Below, one piece after another: positions 48,336 through 57,306 of a stretch of 60,277 nucleotides of DNA (within the stretch, counting starts at the first letter, position 1; each line of letters starts with the position of its first letter). The DNA is taken from NCBI GenBank assembly GCA_003345545.1, contig PRDH01000028.1, forward strand, positions 1-60,277, in the 5' to 3' direction. The notes beneath the pieces were generated by a model. The model searched no databases. It was not told the DNA's origin and worked only from the letters and a program-made list of their open reading frames with translations. The position numbers and the translations under genes are program-made. The DNA comes from Candidatus Thorarchaeota archaeon. GTDB lineage: Archaea > Asgardarchaeota > Thorarchaeia > Thorarchaeales > Thorarchaeaceae.

Positions 48336-48481
48336 AGATTAGCAAGAATAAGAACGGACAACTGAAACCAAGACTATGCTTTTGGAGAATCGGGTCATTA
48401 AGAGTAGGTCAATCGTCGTTGACTACTTGGTCAATGATGATAGAATAATATGCTCCTGCGTCTATTGGTAATTGATGAGTT

Positions 48482-48934
48482 ATGACTTCGGATGAAGTAT
48501 TTGAAGCAATCTCGCACCCAATGAGAATCGCTATTCTGAAAGAATTGGCAAAAGGGCCCACTCGATTTGCAGATATCAAGAGAAGATTACGAATCAAGAG
48601 CAGCGGTCTCCTAGATTTCCACCTCAAGAAGATGGTGTTGATTTTGACAACTGACAGAGATGGACTGTACGCCTTGAATGACAGAGGATTCGCCGCCCTT
48701 CGCGCAATCAACATTGTTAGGAACTATGGTTGGCAGAGAAGGTCGTGGATAATCAATGTGCTAGTGATGTCTATGATCAACATCTTCTTTCTCTTCGCGG
48801 CCTTTGACCTCATCATTATCGCCGCAATCCCAACTATTTGCTGGATTGTGTTCTATAGTTACTGGACTTTTGTCAGGAGGGGGATTCGTCTGAGAGGCAA
48901 CGAAATTGACGCAGAGGATGTGGAGGGATCCTAA
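48482..48934 (+). CDS. ArsR-like winged-helix regulator with two C-terminal TM helices
   Basis: FEAISHPMRIAILKEL, SGLLDFHLKK; hydrophobic C-terminus. Confidence 0.8.
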   Translation: MTSDEVFEAISHPMRIAILKELAKGPTRFADIKRRLRIKSSGLLDFHLKKMVLILTTDRDGLYALNDRGFAALRAINIVRNYGWQRRSWIINVLVMSMINIFFLFAAFDLIIIAAIPTICWIVFYSYWTFVRRGIRLRGNEIDAEDVEGS

Positions 48935-49026
48935 TTGGAGGTCTCGCGTCGATGTGAAGAACCATATTCCTGCAATACTGGATTCTTCACAATTGTATTT
49001 CATAACGTACATACTACTATAGGAGA

Positions 49027-49815
49027 TTGAAGAAGTTGGTCGCCGTCAGTATTCTGAATCTTGTCAAATCCTTTGGAAGCCTCGTAGCGGTGAATGATGT
49101 GACCCTCGAGGTGCGCGAGGGCGAAACGTATGGTCTCTTGGGGCCGAATGGGGCAGGCAAGACAACCACCATAAAGTGCCTGATGGGTCTCCTAGATCCC
49201 GACACTGGGACTACCTCTGTCTACGGGGTCGATTCATTGGATAATCCGATTGAAGTCAAGAGGCTTGTTGGCTATGTACCAGAAGAACACCAACTCTATG
49301 ATTCTCTAACTCCCAGAGAACTCTTCGAGTTCATCGCCTCTATCAGGGAGCTCCCAGAGGAAAGAACCAATAAAAGAATCAAAGAGATGGTGAAGGCATT
49401 TGACTTTGAGAAGTACTATGATTCGATGATTGTGACTCTCTCCCAAGGCAACAAGCAGAAGACGATGCTGATCTCTGCTCTACTGCATGCTCCCAAGCTC
49501 TTGATTCTGGATGAGCCATTTGTGGGTTTGGACGTTCGAACAACAAGAATGGTCAAGGACATCATCAAGATACATGTTGAGAGCGGAGGTTCAGTATTGC
49601 TCTCAACGCATATCATGGAGGTTGCCCAAGGACTCTGCGATCGAGTTGGCATTATCGATGATGGTGTCCTAGTCGCAGAGGGATCACTTGCGGAACTCAG
49701 AAGTCAAGCCCACGAAGAGAGCGCAACTCTCGAGAAGCTGTTTCTTAGACTCACAGAACAGGAAGAGGAGGTTCAAGTAGGTGTTGATGCACTTAGGGAG
49801 GCCCTCTCAGAGTGA
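49027..49815 (+). CDS. ABC-2 type exporter ATP-binding protein
   Basis: GPNGAGKTT, LSQGNKQK, LILDEP, STH. Confidence 0.93.
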   Translation: MKKLVAVSILNLVKSFGSLVAVNDVTLEVREGETYGLLGPNGAGKTTTIKCLMGLLDPDTGTTSVYGVDSLDNPIEVKRLVGYVPEEHQLYDSLTPRELFEFIASIRELPEERTNKRIKEMVKAFDFEKYYDSMIVTLSQGNKQKTMLISALLHAPKLLILDEPFVGLDVRTTRMVKDIIKIHVESGGSVLLSTHIMEVAQGLCDRVGIIDDGVLVAEGSLAELRSQAHEESATLEKLFLRLTEQEEEVQVGVDALREALSE

Positions 49816-51455
49816 ACTTCAAAGAGCGATGGAGAATAGCAGGCATCATCGCGACTCAGATGAGGTTTGATGGATTTCTTGAGGGTAATCCAGGCAACGT
49901 GGCTCGAATCAAGGAGGACCCTCAGAGAATATCAAGGAGCATAAAATCCGCGAGTAAGATCAATAGTCTCATGAGCACTTTCATGATTGCCTTGCTAGCT
50001 ACTCTCACAATCGGTGCTGCTGGTTTTGGTGGCTCAGTGGGAGAGTTCAATGTCCGGCTTGCGGTAGGGTTCTCGTTCTTTATGGCACTCGCCTTTGTTT
50101 TGATATTCTTCCTGAACCTGACAACTACAACTGGATTCTTCACGTCAGGCGCGATGAAGTTGCCAAGCATCTTGCCTCTCGGTCAAAAGGACCTTGAGAA
50201 CTTAGCAATACTTGCCTTTACTCGTGTTTTTATTGCTCCAGCTATACTCACTGTGACTGTCTTCCCAGCTGCATGTCTTGTTCTATTTGGACCACTAACA
50301 GGTCTGGTTACGTTTATTGGGTGTTTGGCAACAGTCTCGATCTCTCTTCGTTCACTAATTGGTTTCTCGCGGTGGTTCCAAGTCAAAACACATTCGTCAG
50401 GAGAATCGAAACTAGGGACCATAGTGAGGATGGCTGCAACAATCGGACTTGTCGTCGGAATCATGAGTGTCTATATGCTAGCCAGCTATGTGTACTACAT
50501 TGTTGAAGCAGTGATCGTGTTCGCAGAAGCCTTCAGCGGAACTTATCTGGTTCTTTCATTAGTATTCCCGTTCTCGTTCGGATTCTTGGCCTCATCTGTT
50601 ACACCAGGAGCGATATTCACTGACTGGATGATACCTCTGTCCTCAGCAGGTATGTCCCTCTTGTATGCATTGATTGCCCTTGTCTTCTACAGGCAGAGTG
50701 GGAGATTGCTGAGAAGCCTTGCCATTGGAGGCATTTCCACGGGAAGGACCGGGCCACTTAGAGAGATCAGCATTGAAACTCGAGCGCCACTATTGGCTGT
50801 CATTCGAAAGGACATCAAGATGGCAACAAAGAGCGTCGGGTCAGCAATCGTGTTTGCAATCCCTATCTTTCTTGCGGTCATGCTGTATCCAATGATTGCA
50901 GGATGGTCAGTCGAGGGACACCTCCGTAGCATTACTGCCCTCACGGCAGTGGCATATGCGAATCTCTTTTCAGGGCTCACAGTTGTATCAGTCATGGTGT
51001 TTGATACTCAGGGTGCGTCAATCCATGAAGGACTACCACTTAGTTCTAGACTGGTTCTAAGAGGAAAGACTGCAATCTCAATCATTCCTTACACGATAAC
51101 GATGATTCTGCTTGCCTTCTTACTTCCTCTATTCAATCCTATCACTCCGCTTGTCGCCTTGATACCAATCATAGCCATTCCACTTGGCTACGCAGTACCA
51201 ATGTCTGTGGGAGCAGCCGTGTATCGCTACAAGGGAGACGGCCGCGCAGTAGCAATCAATTTGACCTCAGATCAAAAAGTGGGCATGCTCGCAGGATTTG
51301 TCGGAGCAGTTGTTGGGCTTGGTCCACTAGTGTGCTTTGGCATCAGCATGTTACTCACGGGGTCTCAAGTGTACAGTCTTATCGCACAGATCCTTTGCAC
51401 ACTGGCCTTGGTCATCACAGCGCACTATCAAATTCCGAAACTGCTTAAGGATTAG
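49812..51455 (+). CDS. ABC exporter permease (multi-TM)
   Basis: 4-nt overlap with the ATPase gene; two LPL-containing halves, many TMs. Confidence 0.75.
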   Translation: MNFKERWRIAGIIATQMRFDGFLEGNPGNVARIKEDPQRISRSIKSASKINSLMSTFMIALLATLTIGAAGFGGSVGEFNVRLAVGFSFFMALAFVLIFFLNLTTTTGFFTSGAMKLPSILPLGQKDLENLAILAFTRVFIAPAILTVTVFPAACLVLFGPLTGLVTFIGCLATVSISLRSLIGFSRWFQVKTHSSGESKLGTIVRMAATIGLVVGIMSVYMLASYVYYIVEAVIVFAEAFSGTYLVLSLVFPFSFGFLASSVTPGAIFTDWMIPLSSAGMSLLYALIALVFYRQSGRLLRSLAIGGISTGRTGPLREISIETRAPLLAVIRKDIKMATKSVGSAIVFAIPIFLAVMLYPMIAGWSVEGHLRSITALTAVAYANLFSGLTVVSVMVFDTQGASIHEGLPLSSRLVLRGKTAISIIPYTITMILLAFLLPLFNPITPLVALIPIIAIPLGYAVPMSVGAAVYRYKGDGRAVAINLTSDQKVGMLAGFVGAVVGLGPLVCFGISMLLTGSQVYSLIAQILCTLALVITAHYQIPKLLKD

Positions 51456-51513
51456 GACAGCTGAATTCCTCTGAGCGAAGATTAAAAGCCAGCGTCAACA
51501 ACAATAGCAGGCG

Positions 51514-52170
51514 ATGAAGCCCTTACTCACACCCTCAATCCTCGCTGCAGACTTTGCCAATCTTGAGAGAGATATCAATGCTGCTGAGAGAGGAGGTGCA
51601 GACTACTTCCATCTTGATATAATGGATGGCCATTTCGTGCCCAACATCTCCTTTGGACCCTGGGTAGCCAAGCTGATGAGAAAAATCACCGACAGACCTC
51701 TTGACGCTCACCTAATGATTACGAACCCGCGGGAGTACATTCCAGAATTCATAGAGGCGGGGGTCGAGCTCATCTACCCCCACATAGAGGCATCATACGA
51801 CATTTACCGCACAGTCCAGATGATTACTGATCATGGGGCAAGAGCGGGCATCACCCTCAATCCAGCAACTCCGATATCTTCTGTTGAGGGAGTGATAGAC
51901 CTCATTGATGCAGTATTGGTGATGAGCGTCTGTCCTGGATTCGGGGGTCAGAAGTTCATTCCATCGAGCATGGACAGGATAACCAAGTTAAGGGAACTGC
52001 TAGACAGCCTCAAACCAAGCATTCGGATTGCAGTTGATGGTGGAGTAACTCTTGAGAACATTGGAAACCTCCGAAAGGCAGGAGCTGATTTCTTCATTGC
52101 AGGCTCTGCAGTATTCGAGGCACCGGATATCGAAGAGAGAGTACGCGCAATGAAGAAAGCCATGAAATAA
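51514..52170 (+). CDS. rpe: Ribulose-phosphate 3-epimerase
   Basis: PSILAADF, HLDIMDGHFVPN, DAHLMI, MSVCPGFGGQKF, VDGGV. Confidence 0.96.
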   Translation: MKPLLTPSILAADFANLERDINAAERGGADYFHLDIMDGHFVPNISFGPWVAKLMRKITDRPLDAHLMITNPREYIPEFIEAGVELIYPHIEASYDIYRTVQMITDHGARAGITLNPATPISSVEGVIDLIDAVLVMSVCPGFGGQKFIPSSMDRITKLRELLDSLKPSIRIAVDGGVTLENIGNLRKAGADFFIAGSAVFEAPDIEERVRAMKKAMK

Positions 52171-52274
52171 GGACTGCTTCAGGTCTTTTGTTACCGACCC
52201 TACGTTTTAAATCGTAAGGAATTCTAGACTAGATAGCACGGAGCACATCATGGCTCTAATAGGAGCAAAGACAA

Positions 52275-52925
52275 TTGAAATTCTTCATAGATACTGCCAA
52301 TGTTCAAGAGATACGCAAAGCGCACGAGAGAGGAATGGTCGATGGAGTTACCACAAATCCCTCGCTGGTCGCCAAGGAAGGAAAGGACTTCAGAAAGATC
52401 ATCGATGAGATAGCATCTTTCGTTAAAGGACCGATCAGTCTTGAAGTCCTGAGCGAGAAAGCGGACGATATGCTAAAAGAAGCACGGGAGCTCAATAGCT
52501 GGATTGACAATGCTGCAATTAAGATACCTATGACCTGGGAGGGCTTAAAGGCAGTCAAGCAATGTTCTGATGAAGGAATCCAAACCAATGTCACTCTTTG
52601 TTTCAGTGCAAATCAGGCACTCTTGGCTGCAAAGGCAGGAGCAAGCTTTGTGTCACCCTTTATTGGCAGGCTAGATGATGTCGGTCAGACTGGAATGGAA
52701 GTAATCGAAAGCATCGGCCAAATCTATGCCAACTATGGGATAGAAACAGAAATCATCGTTGCAAGCATCAGGCACCCAATTCATGTCTATGAGGCTGCTC
52801 TGATAGGCGCTGATATTGCCACGATTCCTCCCGAAGTCCTTGAAAAGATGGTAAACCATCCGCTCACTGACATCGGCATCAAGAGATTCCGTGAGGACTG
52901 GGAGAAAGTCAAGAAGATGAAATAG
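52275..52925 (+). CDS. tal: Transaldolase (short TalC/FSA family)
   Basis: FFIDTAN, GVTTNPS, ISLEV (catalytic Glu), IKIP Schiff-base Lys, SPFIGR (Phe). Confidence 0.92.
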   Translation: MKFFIDTANVQEIRKAHERGMVDGVTTNPSLVAKEGKDFRKIIDEIASFVKGPISLEVLSEKADDMLKEARELNSWIDNAAIKIPMTWEGLKAVKQCSDEGIQTNVTLCFSANQALLAAKAGASFVSPFIGRLDDVGQTGMEVIESIGQIYANYGIETEIIVASIRHPIHVYEAALIGADIATIPPEVLEKMVNHPLTDIGIKRFREDWEKVKKMK

Positions 52926-53039
52926 GGAACACATTTCTCTGTTTGCTAGGAGTGAAAGAATAGAGAAAGAACATCGCACAAATAAATGACAAGAATGATA
53001 TGCCGCTGCGTTGTGTGTTTCTAGTTAGTGGGATGACCT

Positions 53040-54593
53040 ATGAAGATTGAAGCCGACCTCGTTGTCTTTAATGGAAACATAATAACCATGGATCCACAGC
53101 GACCAACTGCAACAGCATTCGCTGTGAAGAGCTATAGGATCCTTGCAATTGGTGACGATGCGGCGGTGCTCGATCTCGTACCCAACGCAAAGAGGATCAT
53201 CGATCTTGGGGGCAAGACAGTTGTTCCTGGCTTCATTGATGCACATACACACTTGACTAGCGCGGGCGTGAAAGAGTCGCATATCAAATTGGATACTGCC
53301 AGATCTGTTGATGAAGCGCTAAAGGTAATCAAAGATAATCTGCATCGGTATTCTGAAGATGAGTGGGTTTTGGGGTTTGGGTGGGACGAAAGCGAATGGT
53401 CAACTAAACGTTACATCGATGGAAAGGACCTAGATAGCGTCAGCACCACGCAGCCCATTATGGCCACACGTGTGGATGGTCACCTTGCAAGCGTGAATAG
53501 AGTGGGTCTTAAGAAGTTGGGAATATCTCTGAATCAAGATGGAGTTCAGAAGGACAAGAAAGGAAGACCTACTGGTATTCTAACGGATATTGACGAAGTC
53601 TGGGAGAAAGTGAGACCATCTCCAGCCAAAACACGAGCAGGCGTCATTGCAGGGAACAATATCGCCAATAAATGTGGGATCACCGCAGTTGTCGATAATG
53701 CAGCCATCGGCACTTTGAAACACATCCGCGAAGTAGAAGACATTCATGAACTCACAACACGGATGATTGTGAATGTTCCCGTGGAACAGATGAACCACCT
53801 TGTTGGACTAGGTTTGACATCAGGAATGGGAAGCCCGCTCGTTAAGATTGGCGGTGTAAAAATCTTCACAGATGGTTCAATTGGCGCAATGACTGCAGCT
53901 GTTTCAAAGGGGTACCGCAGAGAACTGAAGAACAAAGGCAGAATGCTCCTTCAAAAGAGGAGGTACGCATCAATTGTACGGAAGGCAGTTGAGAATAATA
54001 TTCAGACTGCAACGCATGCAATTGGTGACGAGGCCATCGAGATGGTGATATCAACCTTCGAAGATATCGAGGACAAGAGTCTACTCCGTGTCCAACGTCA
54101 CAGAATTGAACATGCAGAGCTCATTAGTGAGTATCAAATCAGACGAGCAGTGAGTCTAGGACTGATACTCTCAATGCAGCCGAACTTCGTTGGTAGATGG
54201 CAACAGAAGGGAGGGCTCTATGAGGAGAGGTTTAACGAAGAGACTGTCCGAGGAATGAACATGTTTCGTGTAGCGCTAGACAATGGTGCTCGACTGTGCT
54301 TTGGTTCAGATGGCATGCCATACGGACCGCTCTATGGTATCTGGTCAGCAACAACACACTCGAATGATAGAGTCAGATTGACTGTTGAAGAGGCATTGCG
54401 GTGCTACACGATGGAGAGTGCCTACTCTGTATTCCTTGAGAACACACTGGGAAGTCTGGCTGTTGGCAAGCGAGCCGACTTTGTTGTACTTTCTGAAAAC
54501 ATCCTAGAGATACCGCCAGACAGAATCAAAGATGTCTGCACAGAAATGACAGTTGTAGGCGGTCTCGTAGAATACTCAGCGCCGCGACCCTGA
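53040..54593 (+). CDS. Amidohydrolase 3 family (YtcJ-like) metal-dependent hydrolase
   Basis: PGFIDAHTH, KIFTDGS, HAIGD, RIEHAE, GSD, GKRADFVVL. Confidence 0.9.
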   Translation: MKIEADLVVFNGNIITMDPQRPTATAFAVKSYRILAIGDDAAVLDLVPNAKRIIDLGGKTVVPGFIDAHTHLTSAGVKESHIKLDTARSVDEALKVIKDNLHRYSEDEWVLGFGWDESEWSTKRYIDGKDLDSVSTTQPIMATRVDGHLASVNRVGLKKLGISLNQDGVQKDKKGRPTGILTDIDEVWEKVRPSPAKTRAGVIAGNNIANKCGITAVVDNAAIGTLKHIREVEDIHELTTRMIVNVPVEQMNHLVGLGLTSGMGSPLVKIGGVKIFTDGSIGAMTAAVSKGYRRELKNKGRMLLQKRRYASIVRKAVENNIQTATHAIGDEAIEMVISTFEDIEDKSLLRVQRHRIEHAELISEYQIRRAVSLGLILSMQPNFVGRWQQKGGLYEERFNEETVRGMNMFRVALDNGARLCFGSDGMPYGPLYGIWSATTHSNDRVRLTVEEALRCYTMESAYSVFLENTLGSLAVGKRADFVVLSENILEIPPDRIKDVCTEMTVVGGLVEYSAPRP

Positions 54594-54602
54594 GGTGTTA
54601 TA

Positions 54603-56411
54603 ATGGGCAAGGTCAGAGCTCTGACCAAGGACCTTGTGTCCCTGATCTCAGCTGGCGAGGTCATTGAGAATCCAGCCTCGATTGCGAAGGAGCTGATAGA
54701 GAACTCACTTGATGCAGAAGCAGATATGATTGAGGTTGTGATAGAGGAGGGAGGTATCAGAAAAATCGCGGTTTCAGATAATGGAAGCGGTATTCTCAAG
54801 GATGACTGCAAGATCTGCCTCCAGCGCTATTCGACAAGCAAGATCAGAACAAAGGAGGACCTTGAAGAGATTGCCACCTATGGCTTCAGGGGCGAAGCTC
54901 TGGCGAGCATTGCGTCCGTTGCCGATATTAGAATTACAACCCAGACCGCCGAAGAGAAAACGGGAACATTTGTCGTATCCAAGGTTGGAACTAAGCCAAC
55001 ATACCATGAGGTATCAAGACCAAGGGGAACCACTGTTGAAGTTGGAGAGCTATTCAAGAATGTGGCAGCAAGGAGAAAGCATCTCGCAGATGCAAAGACA
55101 GAGTCACAGAGAATTCAAGAAGCTATCATGAAACATGCAGCTATTCGTCCAGATGTCGGATTCCGACTCGTAAGAGATGGAAAGGCCATCATCGAATGTC
55201 CTCCTGCCCAGAATGCCAGTAACAGGATTGCGATGTTGTGGGGTCACGAGATTGCCAAGGCACTCGTTGATGTCGACTATTCAATGAACGAATTGCGTAT
55301 CTCGGGATTTGTTGCCCGGTCCCCCGTTTCACGAGGCAACAGGTCTCGAGAGTATTTCTCAGTAGTCAAGAGACCCATATCTGACGAAAAACTGAGCCAT
55401 GCTGTAGAGTCCGCATTTTCCACGACTTTGATGAAGGGCCAGTTTCCCATTTGTGCGCTGGATATCACAATGAATCTCTCAAGGGTAGATGTCAATGTGC
55501 ACCCAACAAAGAGAGAAGTAAAGATTCTCGATATGGACCAGGTCTGCGCAGCAGTCAGGAAGGCAACGCTCATTGCCCTGGGAAAGGGGGATTCAAAGGA
55601 AGAGTCCCCAACTCTTGAGGCGGCGTTTGGCGAACCTGTTGAGAGCAGCAGCGATAGCGGTGTGGCTGTAATCTCTCATGATACGATGAAACCCGTGAAT
55701 CAGCTGGCCCCGATTTCAATGGTCGAGCAGAGATTGCTTGGGACTTTGAATGAAGGCATGCGGGAATCAGCCGATGTCGCCTTTCTCGGAGGAGTCTTCA
55801 GAATCATTGGACAGATTCACAATCTCTACATCCTGCTCGAGTTCGATGACGGGCTCTTGATTGTTGATCAGCATGCAGCTCATGAGAGGATACTGTATGA
55901 GCGACTGCGAAAGGATGTGAATGATGGAACTGTAGCTGTGCAGGAGCTTCTCCAGCCTTTTGTTTTGAACCTGAATCAGAAGGATGCAGAGCAAATCCTA
56001 CAGATTGCAAACATCATGAATGAGATTGGCTACACAATTAGCAGCTTCGGTGGAAACGATATTGCTGTTTCTACGCTTCCAGAGATATTCGGCAGAATAG
56101 CCTCAGAAAAGGAGCTCATGTCCCTACTTGATAGGATCATTGATCTTGGAAAGCATCAGGCTCGTGAAACGTTCTTAGATGACTTAGTAAAGCTCACGGC
56201 CTGTCATTCCGCTGTACGTGCGGGTCAACCACTAGACGTAGAACAGATGAGAAACATACTTCTTGACCTAACCAAAACGAAGAACAAGTACAACTGCTGT
56301 CATGGCAGGCCTTCCATGCTCAAGATAATGAAAGAAGACATCGATCGCAGCGTAGGAAGGATGGGGCCTGAAGCAATCAAGAGATTCAGAGCAAGACAAG
56401 GACTGAAGTAG
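54603..56411 (+). CDS. mutL: DNA mismatch repair endonuclease MutL
   Basis: ELIENSLDA, GFRGEALASI, DVNVHPTK, DQHAAHERILYE, ACH, CCHGRP. Confidence 0.96.
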   Translation: MGKVRALTKDLVSLISAGEVIENPASIAKELIENSLDAEADMIEVVIEEGGIRKIAVSDNGSGILKDDCKICLQRYSTSKIRTKEDLEEIATYGFRGEALASIASVADIRITTQTAEEKTGTFVVSKVGTKPTYHEVSRPRGTTVEVGELFKNVAARRKHLADAKTESQRIQEAIMKHAAIRPDVGFRLVRDGKAIIECPPAQNASNRIAMLWGHEIAKALVDVDYSMNELRISGFVARSPVSRGNRSREYFSVVKRPISDEKLSHAVESAFSTTLMKGQFPICALDITMNLSRVDVNVHPTKREVKILDMDQVCAAVRKATLIALGKGDSKEESPTLEAAFGEPVESSSDSGVAVISHDTMKPVNQLAPISMVEQRLLGTLNEGMRESADVAFLGGVFRIIGQIHNLYILLEFDDGLLIVDQHAAHERILYERLRKDVNDGTVAVQELLQPFVLNLNQKDAEQILQIANIMNEIGYTISSFGGNDIAVSTLPEIFGRIASEKELMSLLDRIIDLGKHQARETFLDDLVKLTACHSAVRAGQPLDVEQMRNILLDLTKTKNKYNCCHGRPSMLKIMKEDIDRSVGRMGPEAIKRFRARQGLK

Positions 56412-56415
56412 TATC

Positions 56416-56628
56416 TCATCTCTGCCCACTCGGTATCCAACCCTGATGAAGTGTCCAGGAGATGATGAGCCAGACAGTCAATAATATCCAACTCATAGGG
56501 AGCTGCACAGACTGATAAGGGAGTCTGACTATATGAAATGTGGCAGTCGATGAGGCTAACAATACTATCAGAGCCTTTGCGATGATGAAACGGTGAGCAG
56601 CTGAGACTTGCCACTCTGATTCTCCCAC
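56416..56628 (-). CDS. Possible small two-TM protein
   Basis: 70-aa ORF with two hydrophobic stretches filling the gap after mutL; no family motif. Confidence 0.25.
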   Translation of the reverse strand: MGESEWQVSAAHRFIIAKALIVLLASSTATFHIVRLPYQSVQLPMSWILLTVWLIISWTLHQGWIPSGQR

Positions 56629-56822
56629 GAATTGCCCTTGTGAATGTGCATATCCGGCATTGTGATTGGGATATCACGCGGTACCATCAAAGTAGTGCTT
56701 AGGAGTACATCAGGAATAAAAAGCGAAGACTTTTACTAGGATTTGTTGATAGATGTTCAGGCTAAAGAAACACTTGCGTTAACAAGACCAGTGGACATGC
56801 CGGGATGCAGGATGGAATTCCG

Positions 56823-57227
56823 ATGAGCACGACGTGGTTCATTGCCAAAGAGTACCTTAAGAGACGAGAGATTGATTTTGAAGAACATGGACGCAAGACA
56901 TTCAGCGTTCGCCCAGAGAGGCATATAGAAACAAAGGTCATCGAGGTCTTTCCCGGCAAGGACTGGATTACCCTAACGACTCGACTGATGGACCTCGAGA
57001 ACCTGTCAGCCAAGGGAAAAGAGAACGTCTATGAGAAATTACTGAGAGCAAATGCTACTCTTGTAGAAGTGAACTTTGGAATTGACAAGAAGAACTGCCT
57101 AATGCTAAGAAGTGCAGTGCCGGTGACAGGTATCTCATATGATCTTTTCAGCTGCATTTATGATGCACACATCACAGCCACCAAATTCTTCTTTGAGAAG
57201 ATGAAGGACGAACTGCTCAGAGAGTGA
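56823..57227 (+). CDS. YbjN / T3SS-chaperone-like fold protein
   Basis: YEKLLRANATL..VNFGIDK pattern; about 135 aa. Confidence 0.6.
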   Translation: MSTTWFIAKEYLKRREIDFEEHGRKTFSVRPERHIETKVIEVFPGKDWITLTTRLMDLENLSAKGKENVYEKLLRANATLVEVNFGIDKKNCLMLRSAVPVTGISYDLFSCIYDAHITATKFFFEKMKDELLRE

Positions 57228-57264
57228 GCAAGACCTCATCCTCTCTCTTATCGATCTTGAAGAC

Positions 57265-57296
57265 AAAAAAGGAGGGAAGCGGATCCAAGATCCGCT
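57265..57296 (-). terminator. Hairpin plus U-tract terminator after the large surface-protein gene
   Basis: AGCGGATC-TTG-GATCCGCT followed on the minus strand by TCCCTCCTTTTTT. Confidence 0.6.
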
Positions 57297-57306
57297 CAGA
57301 ATAGTT

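Noticed and set aside
52201-52216. TACG-TTTTAAAT-CGTA palindrome upstream of tal
   Set aside because: Arms are only 4 bp around a probable TATA box; too weak to call an operator.
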